In this document: positions 1 through 10,783 of the stretch, one piece after another
How the letters are laid out: the number at the start of each line of letters is the position of its first letter
How positions within the stretch are numbered: the first letter of the stretch is position 1
Origin: a virus
DNA length: 64,000 nt
Strand: one strand, 5' to 3'
IMG/VR virus record: IMGVR_UViG_3300037264_003213
Location: 1 to 64,000 of that record
Translations under genes and position numbers: made by a program
Notes under the pieces: model-generated
Told to the model about the DNA's origin: nothing
Database searches by the model: none
The model's input: the letters and a program-made list of their open reading frames with translations, nothing else

Positions 1-2
1 CT

Positions 3-332
3 GCGGTTCCAGTATTACCAAACGCTGGAACTAACGCAATGGACCAAATGAGACTCAACAGATTACAAGCAGATGCCGCAGATGGTGAAGATTTGAGTGG
101 AGTAGAGGCAAATACAGGAAGTACCGCATCCAACACAAGGGCAACCGTAAGGGCACTTAATCAAATTGGAAAGATGTTGGCCAAAAATTTGCGGGCGGGT
201 GGTAATCTTGGAGTAGAGGGTCCAGACTATCCGCTAACCCCATTTTTTGAAGATGTTTTAGATACAGGATGGCCAAATGCGCGGTCGCTTAGAACAGTGG
301 GATTGGAATTTGAAGGAACCGATTTGGATTAA
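3..332 (+). CDS. C-terminal part of a tail protein (possibly tape measure), truncated by the window edge
   Basis: Frame is open from base 3, upstream of the ATG at 39. It lies directly before the baseplate genes. The function is a positional guess. Confidence 0.45.
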   Translation, partial: AVPVLPNAGTNAMDQMRLNRLQADAADGEDLSGVEANTGSTASNTRATVRALNQIGKMLAKNLRAGGNLGVEGPDYPLTPFFEDVLDTGWPNARSLRTVGLEFEGTDLD

Positions 333-341
333 AGGAGAATA

Positions 342-959
342 ATGCCAAGAGGAACGAAAAATGACGGATCATTAGCTCCGTTACAATACGCCGATCAAGG
401 AGGCGGCAAGTGTGAAATACAAACGCCTTGTGGATGTATCACTTTAAAAATACTTCCAGATATTACTGATAGTAAAAGTGCTACATATGTTAATGAACCT
501 GCGCCTGGTCGGTCAAGTCCATTGGTTACTTATGCCCATTCCGATGCAAGAACCATAAGCACCGAACTTCATTTCATGATAACTAAAAAAGAAGATATTC
601 ACGAAAATATTCGGGCAATTAGAATTATCCAGAATCTTCTTTATCCAGGTCCAGCCAGTGGTATTACTCCATTTACACCACCGCCTGTAGTGAAATTTAT
701 TTGTGGTGTTTTAATGGATGGAAATGACGGATTATGTTTAGTGTTAAAAAGTTATAACATACGTTATCCGACAGAAGTGGCGTGGGACGCAATAACTTTT
801 TTACCTTATAAATTTTCAATAAGTTGTAGTTGGGAAGTAGTATATCCTTGCAATAAATTGCCAGTTAATAAGTGCATCAACAAAAATTCTGGAGATGCGA
901 TCTTCTTCCCTGGAGATGATCCTGGGGATAGTGACTTTTATTCTAAGTTTGGAGGTTAA
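342..959 (+). CDS. Baseplate/tail-tube initiator protein (T4 gp48/gp54-like)
   Basis: AAGGAG RBS. Pattern ITDSKSATY..GRSSPLVTY..RTISTELHF..YP..PPVVKF..VLKSYNIRY is typical of tube-initiator proteins, and it precedes a gp53/LysM gene. Confidence 0.65.
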   Translation: MPRGTKNDGSLAPLQYADQGGGKCEIQTPCGCITLKILPDITDSKSATYVNEPAPGRSSPLVTYAHSDARTISTELHFMITKKEDIHENIRAIRIIQNLLYPGPASGITPFTPPPVVKFICGVLMDGNDGLCLVLKSYNIRYPTEVAWDAITFLPYKFSISCSWEVVYPCNKLPVNKCINKNSGDAIFFPGDDPGDSDFYSKFGG

Positions 960-960
960 T

Positions 961-1284
961 ATGCCACAACAAATTAAATACTCAAAAACAGAAGGACGTT
1001 CTTATGTGACAGCATCGAGTAGATATGTAATGTCACCAGTGATTTATTACGAAGGCAAATTAGCTTATCCTATATATAAGAAGAAAAAAGTATCCTTCGG
1101 TCCTCAAGACCAACATTACGAAATAACTAAAGAAGTAGAATATAGGCCAGATATAGTATCCCATAGAAACTATGGCACTCCTGATTATTGGTGGAAAATA
1201 ATGGAGATGAATGGCATGAAAGATATTTTAGAGTTCAGAGCAGGCAGAAACATTATACTGCCTGGCAGTGGCATAATGATTTAA
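961..1284 (+). CDS. Baseplate wedge protein, gp53/LysM-like
   Basis: GGAGG RBS before ATG 961 (the track start at 895 overlaps the previous gene). Motif RPDIVSHRNYGTPDYWWKIMEMNG..G..I.LP. Confidence 0.8.
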   Translation: MPQQIKYSKTEGRSYVTASSRYVMSPVIYYEGKLAYPIYKKKKVSFGPQDQHYEITKEVEYRPDIVSHRNYGTPDYWWKIMEMNGMKDILEFRAGRNIILPGSGIMI

Positions 1285-1292
1285 GGAGACAT

Positions 1293-3506
1293 ATGGCAGA
1301 GCCAGAACCACCAGTTAAACCGTTTTGTGATAATTACCCAATAGACCCAAATTTTCCAATTGTATGTGATGTGGATTATACAAAGGCATATTGTTGTATA
1401 CCACCACCAAATGATGGATTCGTTGTCTGCGATCCGAGTATTGATTTGTGTTTGGCTGGAACACTAGGTCCAGACAGTCATTATATGACTTTCCCAATTC
1501 TTAATGACGAAGACCAACCAATGTTAAAAACGGCATTAAATGGCACTACAATGTCAACATGGGTAAAATTAGCTTTCCAAGAATATTGCGACATTTTCGA
1601 AGACCCAATTAAAACTGCAACCACCATCATCACAATGGGTAATATGTCACAGCCATGCAATCCTGAACAGTGTCAAGCTATAATTAAAGCATTCCAATAT
1701 GGTTGGGGCAGTGTAGACAAAGGTAATAGATGTAGAATTACCATCATGGATCAACAAGGTAGTAGCTTTTCACAATGGGCAGAAAGAATGGGCATTAATC
1801 CTGAAGGTGATTCCACACCAGTTCAGGGTAAATATCGTATGAAAGTCCAATGGGGCTGGTATGTAACTGGTGGCGCTCCAGAAGACATATGTGGACAACC
1901 ACCACAGCCTTTAGGCAATCCAGATTGTGGATCAAATACCGACTTAACCCCTAATGGACATTTAATAAATGTGCCACCAGAGCCAGGTTTTAATTCTGCT
2001 TTTATAATTTGCAGTCCAGTGTGTTATTTTATTACAGACTGGATTAACGTTCATTGGGAAAATGGTAAATTCATATATGAACTTGAGGGTGTAGATTTGT
2101 TGGTTCGCGGTCAAGAAAACATAATTCAGCAATTTGCTGCTGCGGGAGGTGAAGATGGCGATCAAATGTATTTTACCAAAGCCTGTGAAATACTTGGTAG
2201 AATTTCCTTCCCGCCATTTAGAGTAGAATTTAAAGCACTTGACTCAAATAATGATGTAGTAGACATGGAATTTGTTCCGCCTGATGGCGTAGCTGGTGTT
2301 GGATGTAGAGAATTTATTGACGATCAATTTGTTGATTGTCTGGGTTGGGGGCCATTAAATGTTTATGTGCCAAACACAAAACCACCACTTAATGTAATAC
2401 AAGATTGGTTAGTACACTACAACGTTAATGCTAGAGACTTAACTAACAAAAAAACGTCGGATAAAAGCAGAACTGGTATAACAATGAATTATGATCCTAC
2501 TTACAAATTTATTCCTAATGGACAGCCAGGCGGAACCAGTGATCCTTGTGAAGAATGCACATCTTCCTTACCACAATATGGAAGACTACTATTGTGGGCT
2601 GACGGTATCCCTAATTGTCAAGGAAACTTTAATGATGAGGAAATTGGCGAAAGGATGAAAGCCGTTTATGTAGTAAATGGTGGAAATTGTTCGCCAGTAT
2701 TGCAATTTGCTCCTAGTTTTAGATGGCACTCAATGGCGGCAATGCGGGGGGGAGGCGGTAGTACACCAGTTGATGGCGACCAAGTAGGCCAGAAAGAAGG
2801 ATTTGTAAAAACAAACTGTCCTATTGCTTCTGGCCCTGGCCCAACACGACAGGCAGTACCCACACCAACGCGAATGACAATGAAATCACCGAATCCATCT
2901 ATAGGCACACAAGAAACAACATTCCACTTTGTCATGGCTAACTTGGCAATTGGTGCTATTGAAGCCGAATTGAGAGTACAAGGCGACCCTTCATCATGGC
3001 TTTGCTCACCAATTGATGGTTATGGCAGATGTGTTGGAATAGTTTTCATTAACCCTTTCTTTCTGGAAGATATTCCTGACTCCATTGTTAAAGGATGTCC
3101 TCAATGGCTAGCTGGTGATCCCACTGACCCTGCGGTTTTGTTAAAGAGTAATATTAATGAATTGCTTACTAACAAGGGCTGGTTTATTATGGGAGTAGAT
3201 CATCAAATTAAAGATGGTCAATATATAACTACTTTAAGATTGAAATTAGTAGCCCCAGGTGCAGAGTTAAACGAGGCTGGTTCGATTGTAAATCTTGGTG
3301 GTTGGGAGAATTCAAGCGGTAGCAGTCGCAGATCATTACCTTATGGCGGTCTATTTGGTTGTTTGGAGAGAACTTTAGTCGGCAATGCTGGTACAGCGTG
3401 GGGCAAACAAGACCCTTTAAAGTGCCCTGTAAATTGGGTTGGTGGAGGCACAGCATGTGCAGCAAATTATTTCTCTGTTCCACCACCAGACTTGCCGCCT
3501 GATTAG
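1293..3506 (+). CDS. Baseplate hub protein (gp27/late-control D-like), Cys-rich
   Basis: AAGGAG RBS before ATG 1293. C-terminal AELRVQGDP...GWFIMGVDHQIKDGQYITTLRL is hub-like. Lies between the gp53-like and gp5-like genes. Confidence 0.7.
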   Translation: MAEPEPPVKPFCDNYPIDPNFPIVCDVDYTKAYCCIPPPNDGFVVCDPSIDLCLAGTLGPDSHYMTFPILNDEDQPMLKTALNGTTMSTWVKLAFQEYCDIFEDPIKTATTIITMGNMSQPCNPEQCQAIIKAFQYGWGSVDKGNRCRITIMDQQGSSFSQWAERMGINPEGDSTPVQGKYRMKVQWGWYVTGGAPEDICGQPPQPLGNPDCGSNTDLTPNGHLINVPPEPGFNSAFIICSPVCYFITDWINVHWENGKFIYELEGVDLLVRGQENIIQQFAAAGGEDGDQMYFTKACEILGRISFPPFRVEFKALDSNNDVVDMEFVPPDGVAGVGCREFIDDQFVDCLGWGPLNVYVPNTKPPLNVIQDWLVHYNVNARDLTNKKTSDKSRTGITMNYDPTYKFIPNGQPGGTSDPCEECTSSLPQYGRLLLWADGIPNCQGNFNDEEIGERMKAVYVVNGGNCSPVLQFAPSFRWHSMAAMRGGGGSTPVDGDQVGQKEGFVKTNCPIASGPGPTRQAVPTPTRMTMKSPNPSIGTQETTFHFVMANLAIGAIEAELRVQGDPSSWLCSPIDGYGRCVGIVFINPFFLEDIPDSIVKGCPQWLAGDPTDPAVLLKSNINELLTNKGWFIMGVDHQIKDGQYITTLRLKLVAPGAELNEAGSIVNLGGWENSSGSSRRSLPYGGLFGCLERTLVGNAGTAWGKQDPLKCPVNWVGGGTACAANYFSVPPPDLPPD

Positions 3507-3512
3507 GAGTCT

Positions 3513-5789
3513 ATGGAAAATCCTAGAGATTTAAAAAGTCACTTAAAGACAATCTATGAAATGCTTGAAAGGCACGAAAAGAGGTTTAGAGAAACCAATT
3601 TTCAGGATAATTTCAAGAAGATTTTCAAGAGAAAAATCAGTTTTATGCAACAAAAAAATGCATATCTCGGTGCGCATTTGGCTTTGTGTGTAGATACCCG
3701 TGATCCATTAAAACAGAACAGAGTTAGATATTTCAGTCCAGTCTTGCACACGGGTTTAAAATTCAGCCAAAAAGCCACCCCGCTTGGACTACCAGGCGAA
3801 AGCATGGTTACTAGATTAGATTCTCTCGATTGGGCGTGGCCAATTTCTGCAATGGGTGGATTTGATGACACTGGATTAAATTGGGTTCCACCACCTGGAT
3901 CAATGTTATGTCTAACTTTCTTGCATGGCGACCCATCAATGGTTTTTTACATGGGAACGACATGGTATAGAGATAAAGGACCAATTCAACATGATAATTG
4001 GAATTACCATATTCAAGAATATTACAAAATTTGGGAAGGACATCGCGCTGGATACATGGTGGGACCAAACGATGAATCCCAAGTTTACCCGCACAATAAT
4101 ACTGACAACTATCAGGGTTATGACATAGATACTCAAACTGACATAGAATTCAGTCCTGATTCAGTCACTAAAACAACTTGGCCGCACCAATATACTATTT
4201 CAAGTCCAGATAAGCACCGTTTCATTATGGACGACGGTGATCCCAAGTGTAACAGACGATGGAAAAGACTAGAAATAATCTCCAGTATGGGTGCATTATT
4301 CTTGATGAAAGACGACCCTTATCATCCATGCGGTGAATGGCTCAATCCTCAATGTTTTATATCTCATACCTTAGTTGTCCCAACCATTTGTGCTGTGTCT
4401 ATGACAATATACAGTGATCCAATTAATAACATTATATCATTTGTTCCCGTAACAATACCATACACATGTCCACAAGGCCCAGAGAATTGTAACACAATTC
4501 CAGAAACTCCTAGTTTAACAGTAGATCAAGAATATGTAGGCGAAGGAACTTATTCATTTCCAGAAGGTGGTGTAAAAGGGATAGGTGCAGGCAAGAAGGG
4601 TATTCCAGTTGTCGTGGGGAGAGAAGACTGGTGCCCGCCAAAGACGCCATTTCCCGATATTGTTTTGCCAGAGATACCTAAAGATTGCTTAAATGGAATT
4701 ATAGACGGTTTAACAGACTTTTGTTTCAAATTCAACAACTATGGCAAAAACAAGTATCAAAAGCACAGACATGATTGTTTCCCGTATTATTGTCACGATT
4801 GCGGGTTAAATCAGTCAGGCATTCAGATTCGTTCCCGTTCAGGAGCCACAATCGTATTTGATGATTCTGTGGAGCAGCCAAGGGAAAAGCCCGAATGGGA
4901 ACGAACTCTGAAGACCTTTGATATGGATGGTTGCACAGGCAGGTTCAAAGGTCGAACTTACTGGCGATCAGCAACAGGCCATTACATTGAAATGGCCGAC
5001 CACGAAGATCAACCACACCTAAGAAGCAAGCGAAATGGTATTAATATCGTTACCGCTGCTGGAAACTCTATATGTCTTAATGATGAAACACTTCCAGGTT
5101 GTATTGCTGGACCTTTGCGTGGCATTCATATGAAAAGCACAGCAAATCATACCTTTGACATGGTTGATGAGACTAACAAACAATGCAGTCTTGACCGTAA
5201 TGGATGTTCCAAGACTGGACCTTATTCCAAGAAGGCATTCATTAGGCTAAGAAGTGGTTACGGTATTACGGTAACATTGTGTGATTTCCACGACCAAACA
5301 AAGACTAGCCAGCAATATTTCCAGGTTATGTGTCCGCAAAAGGACAATTTAATTCGTGGTCCACACGTTTTCCATATGCAAGAACGTCCACATGGTCCAG
5401 GGCAAATATTCTTACGATCAGGTGGAGATTATATCGTTTATTCCTATGATAAATTCGTAGAAGTGGTTGGGGAGGAAAAGGATAATCCTTCGGACAAGAT
5501 GGAGTTTATTTCCCGTCACAAATTAGTAAGCGTTAAAGACGTTTATTATAACCGAGCAGGTACGCATGTATTTTGGGCGGATGATTATATCTTCTTACTA
5601 GCTGGAAAGGATTGTGAACCACAAAATCCTGTTGGGCAAGGAGAACCTTGCGTATATCCAGTTGTTGTTGCATTTCAACAAATTCCAGAATATGTTAGTG
5701 CTGTAACTGGTTTAAAGGCATCAGAACATGTGTTCGCTAGCGCCTTACACGAACCTGAACCATGTGAAGGCATTGCTAGCGATCAATAA
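3513..5789 (+). CDS. Baseplate central spike (gp5/VgrG OB-fold), Cys-rich
   Basis: VDTRDPLKQNRVR...WAWPIS...WVPPPGSMLCLTFLHGDPS..YMG matches the Gp5 N-terminal OB fold, followed by S.SGH.I...D beta repeats. Confidence 0.8.
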   Translation: MENPRDLKSHLKTIYEMLERHEKRFRETNFQDNFKKIFKRKISFMQQKNAYLGAHLALCVDTRDPLKQNRVRYFSPVLHTGLKFSQKATPLGLPGESMVTRLDSLDWAWPISAMGGFDDTGLNWVPPPGSMLCLTFLHGDPSMVFYMGTTWYRDKGPIQHDNWNYHIQEYYKIWEGHRAGYMVGPNDESQVYPHNNTDNYQGYDIDTQTDIEFSPDSVTKTTWPHQYTISSPDKHRFIMDDGDPKCNRRWKRLEIISSMGALFLMKDDPYHPCGEWLNPQCFISHTLVVPTICAVSMTIYSDPINNIISFVPVTIPYTCPQGPENCNTIPETPSLTVDQEYVGEGTYSFPEGGVKGIGAGKKGIPVVVGREDWCPPKTPFPDIVLPEIPKDCLNGIIDGLTDFCFKFNNYGKNKYQKHRHDCFPYYCHDCGLNQSGIQIRSRSGATIVFDDSVEQPREKPEWERTLKTFDMDGCTGRFKGRTYWRSATGHYIEMADHEDQPHLRSKRNGINIVTAAGNSICLNDETLPGCIAGPLRGIHMKSTANHTFDMVDETNKQCSLDRNGCSKTGPYSKKAFIRLRSGYGITVTLCDFHDQTKTSQQYFQVMCPQKDNLIRGPHVFHMQERPHGPGQIFLRSGGDYIVYSYDKFVEVVGEEKDNPSDKMEFISRHKLVSVKDVYYNRAGTHVFWADDYIFLLAGKDCEPQNPVGQGEPCVYPVVVAFQQIPEYVSAVTGLKASEHVFASALHEPEPCEGIASDQ

Positions 5790-5870
5790 GGCAACACAAC
5801 ATGAATCAAATTATTATTGTTGGCAGGATAAATATAATAAAAGGCAAACCAGTAATTTGTCCCAAATTGT

Positions 5871-5878
5871 TATAAATA
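5871..5878 (+). promoter_or_regulatory. T4-type late promoter (TATAAATA)
   Basis: Exact TATAAATA in the intergenic gap upstream of the gp25-like gene. Confidence 0.5.
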
Positions 5879-5923
5879 CAAGACACTGAATCGACTATCC
5901 AAATACAAGGCCAGAAAGGTAAA

Positions 5924-6337
5924 ATGAAATATAAGGGTATAGCTTATCCGCTTATTAAACATCCAGAAGGATTCTTTCATCACTCTGCATCAGATATGGC
6001 TCAAGTAAAATCTAATATGGCAACTATTATATTAACAGAGCCTGGTGATAGGCTATTCGTTCCTTATTTTGGAACACCTTTAAAAAAAGCCAATTTGAAT
6101 TCCCCTCGTGAAATGGTAAAAGCTGATATAAGGTTGAAAGTAGCCACAGCTATAAAGAAATGGGAAAAAAGAGTACAAGTTCACGATATTATTATAGATT
6201 TATCTTATACAGAAGACGATAAGCTAATAGTTAAAGTCAATGTGCTTTTCATCGACCCTATGCAAGTTAAAAATATAGAAAGTTTAATAGTTTATAAATC
6301 TCTTGGAGGATTAAATGGCAGACTTATGCCCTTTTGA
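5924..6337 (+). CDS. Baseplate wedge gp25-like protein
   Basis: ILTEPGDRLFVPYFGT...AIKKWEKRV is the GPW/gp25 motif. Confidence 0.9.
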   Translation: MKYKGIAYPLIKHPEGFFHHSASDMAQVKSNMATIILTEPGDRLFVPYFGTPLKKANLNSPREMVKADIRLKVATAIKKWEKRVQVHDIIIDLSYTEDDKLIVKVNVLFIDPMQVKNIESLIVYKSLGGLNGRLMPF

Positions 6338-7889
6338 TGTAACACCTTTAGCTATACCTAGATTTGTAAATAATTTACCAGTCTACAGCATTAACTATAC
6401 CAACCAGGACTTTCACTCCATTAAAAAAAGGACTATGGAACTTATAAAGTCTAATTTTGGGGAACAATTCAATGACTTGAATGAGTCTTCTTTGGCAGTT
6501 ATGCTTATTGAATGTTGGGCGGCAATGGCTGATATGCTATCATTCAAGATCGACCAACTTGCAAATGAACTTTACATTGACACTGTTACTGAATTAGAAA
6601 ATGCATTTCGCCTCGCCAAGTTAGTTGGTTATAAACCAGTGCCGCCACTACCAGCCAAAGCTATGTTTTATGCTAAATCAAATGCCGTTTATTCTCAAGA
6701 TTTGATTCTTAAAACTCCTATTTCAATTAATCTAGATGGTATAGGGTTTGATGTTGGATATGAATTATTTTCAGCTGATGGCAACAATGATCCTGTGTTC
6801 GGTACAGATATTATCATCCCCGCTGGCAGTATGTTTACTGAAGCAATTGTTGGGTTGGAAGGAACGACAAGAAGAACAAACTTTAAAAGTAGTGGTAAAG
6901 CAAACCAAATATTTACACTCTTTTACGAAAACGTATTCCTGGGATCAATTAAAGTGTTTATTAACGATCAAACTTGGGAACAAGTCAAACATTTTACAGA
7001 ATCACGGCCAAAAACCGAATATATGGTAGAATATGATGCTTATTACAAACCATCTATTATTTTTGGAGATAATAGAACTGGATTGGTTCCACCTCCTGAT
7101 TCCAACATTGTTGTTTCTTTCCGACTTCCAAACAAATCAACTTCAGAAATTGTGAGCGGCGCTTTTGATACAAAAGTTTTTGCATCCTTGCCTGGAATTA
7201 AAAGCGAAATAATCTTAAATGTTAAGAACTATACCAAAAGCGAATATGGGTATCCTGGGGATACAATAAATGATATCAGAAAGAAATTGCCAGCTTTCCT
7301 CCGCACACAAGATCGTGCTGTAACTGGCGCGGATTATAAATATTTAACAGATAGTTTTGCATCACCTTATGATGGACTAATTGGCAAATCAAACATAGTT
7401 CTAAGAAATTATGGATGTGCAGGAAATATCATAGATATAATTATTCTAGCACAAACGGGGGATTATAGATTAGTCAAAGGTAGTCCTAATCTTAAAATCG
7501 CATTGTTAGAATATTTGAATAAAAAGAAGATATTCACAGACCACCTATGCATAAAAGACGGTGAAGTTATCTACGTTGATATTAGTGTAAATTCCTATTT
7601 GAACAAGAATCTAAAGCAGTTTGAGGTGGAAATAAGAAACAAAATTACTTCAAAACTAGAACAATATTTCGACCTAAATAATTGGGAGTTTGGACGCTCT
7701 CTAAAAGAAAAAGAAATAGTAAAAAATATCGCAACCATCAAAGAAGTAAGACAATTTGACATAGGGTTTACAACCAATAAAGATATAGAATATGATAAAA
7801 CATCTGAAAATATCGTAACAGCAAGGTACAACGAAATTATCAGACCCGATAACATAAATATAAACTTTACCTACGAGGCTGAAGACTGA
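6315..7889 (+). CDS. Baseplate wedge gp6 / baseplate J-like protein
   Basis: YTNQDFHSIK, LSFKIDQLANELYIDT..LAKLVGY, IFGDNRTGLVP and TQDRAVTGADY motifs. Confidence 0.9.
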   Translation: MADLCPFDVTPLAIPRFVNNLPVYSINYTNQDFHSIKKRTMELIKSNFGEQFNDLNESSLAVMLIECWAAMADMLSFKIDQLANELYIDTVTELENAFRLAKLVGYKPVPPLPAKAMFYAKSNAVYSQDLILKTPISINLDGIGFDVGYELFSADGNNDPVFGTDIIIPAGSMFTEAIVGLEGTTRRTNFKSSGKANQIFTLFYENVFLGSIKVFINDQTWEQVKHFTESRPKTEYMVEYDAYYKPSIIFGDNRTGLVPPPDSNIVVSFRLPNKSTSEIVSGAFDTKVFASLPGIKSEIILNVKNYTKSEYGYPGDTINDIRKKLPAFLRTQDRAVTGADYKYLTDSFASPYDGLIGKSNIVLRNYGCAGNIIDIIILAQTGDYRLVKGSPNLKIALLEYLNKKKIFTDHLCIKDGEVIYVDISVNSYLNKNLKQFEVEIRNKITSKLEQYFDLNNWEFGRSLKEKEIVKNIATIKEVRQFDIGFTTNKDIEYDKTSENIVTARYNEIIRPDNININFTYEAED

Positions 7890-9694
7890 TGAATTATATA
7901 AAACATACAGATTATCCTAAAACAGATGATAATGTAGGTTTTGTTTTAGAAACCTACAGTGATGATGGTCTGTTAAAAAATCCATATACTGTTGAACAAG
8001 TTACAATATACCACATTGAGCGAACTCGTTGTCCACATGAAACATTTGTTGAAACCAAAGAATGGCATCCAGAACTAGAACAAACTTATGAAGAATTGGT
8101 TTCAACGGCAAGTGAGAGTGCAAAAACCCAATTGGCAAAACTCAAAAACACAACGCGAATTAATCGAACATATTATTCAAATGCTAAAATTGTTTTAGAA
8201 ACATTTAAACCAGTATGGACACAAGATGGTAAACAGCATATTGCTAGCTTAAAAGACGATAATAAAAAAGACATAAATGGGAAGTTTTTGTTCCTGTGGT
8301 TCCCAAAGGATATGCGAGAAGGCACTTATTTAATTCATTGGAACTGGAAAAATAAAAAGGACGGGAAATTACAATCTGCTGAGAAATTTTTCACCCTATA
8401 TCCATCGAGTGAGAAAATTAACAGTATATATAGGCATTTTGCGCCAAGAGAAAAATACAATTTTCTGTTCGATAAATATATTCCGCCCATGTATAGGATT
8501 CAAACTACTCCAAACGATATCACTCCAGAAATTTTAGTAAAACTGAATCGCTCTATCGGACAATCCTTGCTTGAATTAGATGACTTAGCAATGGGTTTGG
8601 TTGATTTGCTCAGCCCAACATATATACCAGAAGGCTTTTTGCCAGCATTTGCTAATTTCTTTAACATTCAGTTAATGTCAAGCAATCCTACAGCATGGCG
8701 AAATCAAATTAAACATGCGTTGCCACTGTTTAAAAAGAAAGGAACTCTAGATGGTTTGCGAGAAGCTTTAGACAAAGCTGGCATTAGACTATTAAGTTTA
8801 ATCAACTTGTGGCAGGTTGTCTCCCCCTACACATGGACTGACGGCTTTGTGGTTGAAAAAGATAAAACCACAATGCTAGGACAACTAAGCAAAAACCCAA
8901 TAGAAGATTTGGATTTAGAAGTGGCACTAAAATCTACTGAAACCGAAGAGTATTTTATTCTTCCAAATAACATAATATTCTTACAAACTATTTTAGTCCC
9001 TGAACCGAAAATAGCAGTAATTTGGAATTCAAATAATGCACAAAATATCAACTTGCTTAAAGGGGACGTTGTAAGAGTCAGATATGGTTACAAAAGGATA
9101 CCAGAAGACGCAAAAAATATAGATAGTTACATCAGAAATTTACCCCTAGCAGACCAAAGGGATGAGACTAAGTTGAAATATCCAATCAAAAATTGGAACG
9201 TTAAGTTAATTGAAGAAAATGATCCTTTTTTTGACTTGCTTATTACTGAAAGACATTCTTTCCAGGTTCCAGTAACTTTTGGCAAAACCAGGACAACCTT
9301 CTTGTACAGTGAAAAAGCTTTCAATATGGACACATATAATGGCAGTCTATATAACTCTAATAATCCGTGCGACATAGATAAAGATTTCGTGGATCAGTGC
9401 AGCGGTGGACAAAGCAGCAAATTTAACATTCACTTGGAGTTCGAGCAAATAACTGATGAAAAAATAGAGGAAGCTAAAGAAATCATCATAGATTATTCAC
9501 CTTTTCATGCAATTTTACACAACATGAAGATTGGTAGTCAAATGACGGAATTTGTCATGCCGCCAACTGAAAAAGTTAAGAGTGAAATCAAAAACAAAGT
9601 GCCTAAGTTTGGAGACAAGGTGCAATGTAATGATGAGATTTACTGCCAGATAAAATACAAAGATGGCAAAGTGATAAACGGAAGAATGGCTTAG
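7889..9694 (+). CDS. Baseplate wedge protein (gp7/P2 gpI-like domain)
   Basis: FLPAFANFFNI...WRNQIKHALPLFKKKGTLDGLREAL and PFHA motifs; follows the J-like gene. Confidence 0.7.
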   Translation: MNYIKHTDYPKTDDNVGFVLETYSDDGLLKNPYTVEQVTIYHIERTRCPHETFVETKEWHPELEQTYEELVSTASESAKTQLAKLKNTTRINRTYYSNAKIVLETFKPVWTQDGKQHIASLKDDNKKDINGKFLFLWFPKDMREGTYLIHWNWKNKKDGKLQSAEKFFTLYPSSEKINSIYRHFAPREKYNFLFDKYIPPMYRIQTTPNDITPEILVKLNRSIGQSLLELDDLAMGLVDLLSPTYIPEGFLPAFANFFNIQLMSSNPTAWRNQIKHALPLFKKKGTLDGLREALDKAGIRLLSLINLWQVVSPYTWTDGFVVEKDKTTMLGQLSKNPIEDLDLEVALKSTETEEYFILPNNIIFLQTILVPEPKIAVIWNSNNAQNINLLKGDVVRVRYGYKRIPEDAKNIDSYIRNLPLADQRDETKLKYPIKNWNVKLIEENDPFFDLLITERHSFQVPVTFGKTRTTFLYSEKAFNMDTYNGSLYNSNNPCDIDKDFVDQCSGGQSSKFNIHLEFEQITDEKIEEAKEIIIDYSPFHAILHNMKIGSQMTEFVMPPTEKVKSEIKNKVPKFGDKVQCNDEIYCQIKYKDGKVINGRMA

Positions 9695-9701
9695 GAGAAT
9701 T

Positions 9702-10166
9702 ATGAAAGATTTAGTTAAGTTAAAAGGTTATATTCAAGCAAAGATTAAGTACAAAGATACTGGAAAGATTGAAACAATCCAATTTAAGAATACCATTCTT
9801 GATAGTGGTAAAATGTATTTAGCTAAATGCCTGCTAGAGGAATTTCCAAAGCTTAGCATTAAGTACATGATTTTTGGCGACGGTGGCACTAACAATGGAC
9901 AACCAAGGGAAATTTCACCTATGCAGGAGTCCCTTTTTGGTGTTACCAGAATAAAGAAAACAGTGGTATCACAGGTTGATCCTGATATGCCCAAGCAGAT
10001 CATTTTCAGCGTTGTAATCGGAGAAGAAGAAGGCAACGGATTTTCTTTGAATGAAATGGCATTAGTGTTATCTGATGATACACTTTTTAATCTTTCAACC
10101 TTTTCAGATTTAAATAAGACTGACCAGATGGAAATTGCATGGAGTTGGTTCGTTTGCTTTGCTTAA
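9702..10166 (+). CDS. Baseplate/tail-collar structural protein
   Basis: KNTILDSGK..LA, FGDGG, EGNGFSLNEMAL, K...MEIAWSW pattern seen in collar/fibre-anchor proteins. Confidence 0.55.
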   Translation: MKDLVKLKGYIQAKIKYKDTGKIETIQFKNTILDSGKMYLAKCLLEEFPKLSIKYMIFGDGGTNNGQPREISPMQESLFGVTRIKKTVVSQVDPDMPKQIIFSVVIGEEEGNGFSLNEMALVLSDDTLFNLSTFSDLNKTDQMEIAWSWFVCFA

Positions 10167-10240
10167 ATATTAGCTGTTGGTTTACAATCAATGACCAGTC
10201 CACAGTTTCAAAAGCTTTAAGGTCTTTGCATCAGTAATCT

Positions 10241-10783
10241 ATGAATACTTTATATAAATATAAACCTTTAAAGTTCGGGTTCATAGTTCTTTGCCCGAAT
10301 ATTAATATAGGTCATTTAAAAAATACTATTAGCTCTATAGACATTTACTATCCAGAAGCTAAAGCGGTAGTTATTGTGCCTAGCGGTTGTAAGAAAGAAG
10401 ATTTAGATGATATATCAAAAATCAAAAAAACTTACAGTGGTGGCAAGACCGTAGCTTCCATGATTAATAAAGGGGTAGAAAATAGTTTGTGTCCTGAATG
10501 GAACTTCATACTGTTCGCTAGAGGTTGGGTTCGAAATAGAATAGATATCAAGTATTCTTATTTTGTAGAGAATGAAAAAGACATTTTGTTTCCCATCATC
10601 AGTAAAAACCTCACTTTTATGGCCTCAGACATCAACGGACTACTTGTTCATAAAAAGACCTTTGAAGACATTGGCGACTTCCCCGACATGGACTCATTAG
10701 ACTCCAGCAAGTTAATTTGGGCGAATAAGGCGATTGAAAAGAATTGTAGGTTTAAGGGTATTGTAGGAGCTAAGCCCTTTTAA
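10241..10783 (+). CDS. Glycosyltransferase GT-A-like protein (divergent)
   Basis: FIVLCP..LKNTISSI, ASMINKGVE..EWNFIL and GLLVHKKTFEDIGDF resemble the GT2 layout. No clear DxD. Confidence 0.45.
   Translation: MNTLYKYKPLKFGFIVLCPNINIGHLKNTISSIDIYYPEAKAVVIVPSGCKKEDLDDISKIKKTYSGGKTVASMINKGVENSLCPEWNFILFARGWVRNRIDIKYSYFVENEKDILFPIISKNLTFMASDINGLLVHKKTFEDIGDFPDMDSLDSSKLIWANKAIEKNCRFKGIVGAKPF

Noticed and set aside
5801-5875. 24-codon ORF after the spike gene (PAAR-like tip?)
   Set aside because: Too short, with no PAAR motif; the region more likely holds the late promoter.
342-10166. Bacterial eCIS, tailocin or T6SS locus
   Set aside because: Capsid, portal, terminase and primase in the same window show a complete phage.
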